From Limisphaerales bacterium (GTDB lineage Bacteria; Verrucomicrobiota; Verrucomicrobiia; Limisphaerales; UBA1100): a DNA stretch of 64,000 bases. Within the stretch, counting starts at the first letter, position 1. The number at the start of each line of letters is the position of its first letter. The translations under genes and the position numbers were made by a program. The stretch covers positions 1,876-65,875 of the forward strand of contig CBFHWX010000001.1 in NCBI GenBank assembly GCA_965659445.1, given 5' to 3'. Shown here piece after piece: positions 61,397 through 64,000 of the stretch. The notes under the pieces were generated by a model, which worked only from the letters and a program-made list of their open reading frames with translations, was not told the DNA's origin and did not search any database.

Positions 61397-62179
61397 ATGA
61401 GTATTCTCGACCGCTTTCGTCTCGACGGCAAACGGCTGTTTATCACTGGTGGTAGCCGTGGCCTAGGCCGCGAAATGGCGATGGCCATTGCTGAGGTGGG
61501 GGCGGATGTCATCCTCACCGGGCGCGATGAGTCGAGCCTTAAGAAAACCGCTGGAGACATTCGCGCACTGGGGCGCGAGGCGGTTTCCATCACAGCGGAT
61601 ATTGGTGATCCTGCCGGTTGCGAGATAGCGTGTAAAAAGGCACTCGCCGACCATGGCCCCATCGATATTCTAATCAACAACGTCGGCGGCCGACGCGTGC
61701 CGACTCCCACCACAGAGATGCCACTGGAGACTTGGCGCGAGATGATTGACCTTAATCTCACCAGCGTTTTCCTGTGCACCAAGTTCATCGGCGGAGCGAT
61801 GGTGGACCGCGGAGCAGGCGGGCGTATTATCAATATTGGCAGCGTGAACAGCTTCGTCGCCACGGAGGGAATCGGAGGGCGTCATTACGAGGCGGCGAAG
61901 GCAGCCGTGGTCAACTTCACGCGGGCTACGGCAGTCGATTGGGCATCACACGCCATCACCGTCAACGCCATCTGCCCCGGCGGCTTTATGACAGAACCCA
62001 ACCGACGCTGGGCCCAGGAGAAGCCTGAGGTCATTGAAGGGTTTAAAAGTAAGGTTCCACTCGGTGACTTCGGTGAACCGGAGGACCTCGGGCCCCTGGC
62101 GCTCTATCTGGCCAGTGATGCTGCCCGCTATATCACAGGGGCCGCCATCCTCATCGACGGCGGCTACACCGCTAGGTAA
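61397..62179 (+). CDS. Short-chain dehydrogenase/reductase (gluconate 5-dehydrogenase / KduD-like)
   Basis: ITGGSRGLGREMA, NNVGG, YEAAKAAVVNFTR and YITGAAILIDGGYT. Confidence 0.85.
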   Translation: MSILDRFRLDGKRLFITGGSRGLGREMAMAIAEVGADVILTGRDESSLKKTAGDIRALGREAVSITADIGDPAGCEIACKKALADHGPIDILINNVGGRRVPTPTTEMPLETWREMIDLNLTSVFLCTKFIGGAMVDRGAGGRIINIGSVNSFVATEGIGGRHYEAAKAAVVNFTRATAVDWASHAITVNAICPGGFMTEPNRRWAQEKPEVIEGFKSKVPLGDFGEPEDLGPLALYLASDAARYITGAAILIDGGYTAR

Positions 62180-62195
62180 AACTACACTCGCCACT

Positions 62196-64000
62196 TTATT
62201 CTCCTCCTTTTCCCTCCCGATCCCGCGCGCGCTTGCGGGCCATCGATAGTGCGTCATAGGTGTTGCCAGTGGCATCCAATGAGGATGGCTGAATCACCGG
62301 TGGTATATCGCCCTCATCATCTCCCATCATCGGTGGGGCAACAACGGGCGGCGCCTCGTCCAGCTGTTGTTTGCGGTGCTTGCGTTTGCGCTTGGGTGGC
62401 TGGAATGCTTTTTGTTCATCCGTAGGTTCCGTGGCCGAAGGTTGACGGGCTTGCGCTAGTGGTTCGCGTCTCTTATGGGTGGAAGTGCCCGGCATCTCTT
62501 CGCCGGTTGAGATTTTGCGTTTACCAAAACTAAAGAAGCCGGTTCGGCGTTGGAGGACCTCGAGCAGGAATAGGATTAGCGCTGCGATTACCAACCAGAT
62601 GGAGAACTGTACATAACGGAGCTGCCGAGGCAGAGTGGTCCAAATCTCTGCCAGGTTCAGCCTGTCTCTACCACCTGTTGTTTTCCCTATGCCGGCCAGT
62701 ACCGTACGTCCGCGATCCGCACGGTCTGGAGCGAACTCCGGCGAATACGGCAGGCAAACCGGAGGCAGACTTTGGCTGATATTTGGGCCAATGGTGACGG
62801 CATTCAAGATGGTCTCCGCGCCTTCCATCGGGAGGGTAGCCTCCATCATATCTGCCGTTTTCCATTTGAGCGGCAACGTTTCTTTTCTCGTTTCCTGTCC
62901 CGCCTGATTACGCAGCACTGTCACCTGCGGGATTTGAGTAAATTTTTCGCCAGACCGGTCAGGATCCAGGTGGAGTTGCACGAAGCAAACTCCCTCGCGG
63001 ACCTCTTGGGTAAGTAGCATTTTGTCGGGCAGTGCCGATTGCTCTCCGGCTGCCCAGCGCGCCAGTGTGGCATAAAAATCCCCGGCCTCTTTCCATTGCG
63101 AAAACGCCCCGGCATAGGTGCCATCGGCTTCACCTGAGAAACAAGCCACCCGGCCATTGCCCGCCTGCCAAAATGCCACCACAGGCGCGCGATATTCATC
63201 GCGTGACACCATCCCTACGCTAGCATGGTCGCGTTTGTATGTGAGGTTATATCCGCCTACCGCCGGTGGTTTCCATTGGCTTGTCACTCCGAGTGTATTT
63301 AGTGTCCCGGTGATTTCCAGTGCGGTGGTTTCCTTGATGAACGTGTTTCGTGCCACGGCAAAGGTGTCCTGCGCAAAGATGCGTGGGATCTCTGTCGGCC
63401 GATCAGTGAAATAGATATTGCCCTCCCCACGTTTGGCGATGTCTTTGAGCAGGTTGGCGTCTACATCCTTATCGGTGCCCAGCCCGATGACGCTGATCGT
63501 GATGCCGGCCTTGCGCATGGTCGCCACGAGTTGTTTATAATTGCCGGGCACCTCAGAATCCTGCGCGTCGGAAAAGAGGATCACATGCTTATTAGCAGCC
63601 TTGGCTTGCTGCAGCATTTTGGCTGTCGCCTCGAGGGCAGCATAGATATAGATGCCACCGCCCATGGATTGAATGCCAAGAATTTTGTTTCGAAAAACAG
63701 CGTTCTGTTGTTTGTCTGCTGAGGCGAGTTTCAGAATTGTATGCGGGGAACTGTCCACGGCGATTACGCCGAACTCATCGGTGGGCGAAAGCAAATCCAG
63801 CACCTGCGCAGTGCCGAGGTTGGCGAGGTCCATCTTTGTTTTTCCGCCGGGGACACCCATGCTCATTGAGCCGGATCGGTCGAGCACAACGACAATGGCG
63901 GTCTGCAATTTTCGGATTTCGTTTCGGCGCTCCATCGAGACCGGCAGGATTTCCTCAAGCGGAGAACCGTAGTATCCCCCGGGCGCATACGATTTTTCGC
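62196..64000 (-). CDS. von Willebrand factor A domain membrane protein, N-terminal end runs off the window
   Basis: MIDAS motif VVVLDRSGSMS, with ILFSDAQD and TISVIGLG. C-terminal TM FSIWLVIAALILFLLEVL, then a basic Pro-rich tail. The frame stays open upstream of the M at 63935 through position 64000 (EKSYAPGGYYGSPLEEILPVS), so the true start is outside the window. Confidence 0.7.
   Translation of the reverse strand, partial: EKSYAPGGYYGSPLEEILPVSMERRNEIRKLQTAIVVVLDRSGSMSMGVPGGKTKMDLANLGTAQVLDLLSPTDEFGVIAVDSSPHTILKLASADKQQNAVFRNKILGIQSMGGGIYIYAALEATAKMLQQAKAANKHVILFSDAQDSEVPGNYKQLVATMRKAGITISVIGLGTDKDVDANLLKDIAKRGEGNIYFTDRPTEIPRIFAQDTFAVARNTFIKETTALEITGTLNTLGVTSQWKPPAVGGYNLTYKRDHASVGMVSRDEYRAPVVAFWQAGNGRVACFSGEADGTYAGAFSQWKEAGDFYATLARWAAGEQSALPDKMLLTQEVREGVCFVQLHLDPDRSGEKFTQIPQVTVLRNQAGQETRKETLPLKWKTADMMEATLPMEGAETILNAVTIGPNISQSLPPVCLPYSPEFAPDRADRGRTVLAGIGKTTGGRDRLNLAEIWTTLPRQLRYVQFSIWLVIAALILFLLEVLQRRTGFFSFGKRKISTGEEMPGTSTHKRREPLAQARQPSATEPTDEQKAFQPPKRKRKHRKQQLDEAPPVVAPPMMGDDEGDIPPVIQPSSLDATGNTYDALSMARKRARDREGKGGE

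Noticed and set aside
59492-64000. Integrated mobile element at tRNA-Asp
   Set aside because: I found by eye no integrase, recombinase or phage genes, and no repeat of the tRNA 3' end. It is kept only as a low-interest flag.

Overview
A gene-dense chromosomal segment of about 64 kb. I saw no rRNA, CRISPR array, transposase or integrase. The gene content points to the PVC superphylum, most likely a Verrucomicrobiota-like organism: PSCyt/DUF1549/DUF1553 plus twin-arginine DUF1501 genes, Sel1-repeat proteins, an FHA-kinase-LRR protein, and many ATGA start/stop overlaps. This taxonomic call is an inference from gene content, not a search result. Most of the window is housekeeping:
- a partial DAACS symporter, and a hom-thrC-lysC operon coupled to a deoxyhypusine-synthase-like gene
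- an SDR, cutA, and a SurA-like protein followed by two Sel1-repeat proteins
- a gsiABCD-like peptide ABC importer
- pgk-tpiA-secG, rluD-lgt, glnD, pdxJ-acpS and comEC
- a DUF1553-DUF1501-DUF1501 triad
- trxA, a class V aminotransferase, a stand-alone C-terminal half of carB, pabB, a LOG-family gene and der
- divergent tRNA-Glu and tRNA-Asp genes, an LRR lipoprotein, a second SDR and a partial vWA protein

The most unusual region is a tightly packed eight-gene + strand block of about 13 kb (14696-27885). It encodes one ABC ATPase, two oversized ABC-2-type permeases, three consecutive HflK/HflC-type SPFH proteins, a P1B-like P-type ATPase and a membrane-anchored protein of unknown family. One SPFH protein is fused to a polytopic membrane domain. 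The ATPase lacks the CPC metal-binding motif and any N-terminal metal-binding domain. I do not recognise this combination as a described system and flag it as the main candidate for follow-up.

Other observations:
- a split carB
- a decayed ceramidase-like pseudogene
- a perfect 5 x 18 bp coding tandem repeat
- insertions in the Opp permeases
- an orphan promoter-plus-hairpin element between the two tRNA genes

All calls come from reading the supplied translations and the raw sequence by eye. No database search or computation was run.
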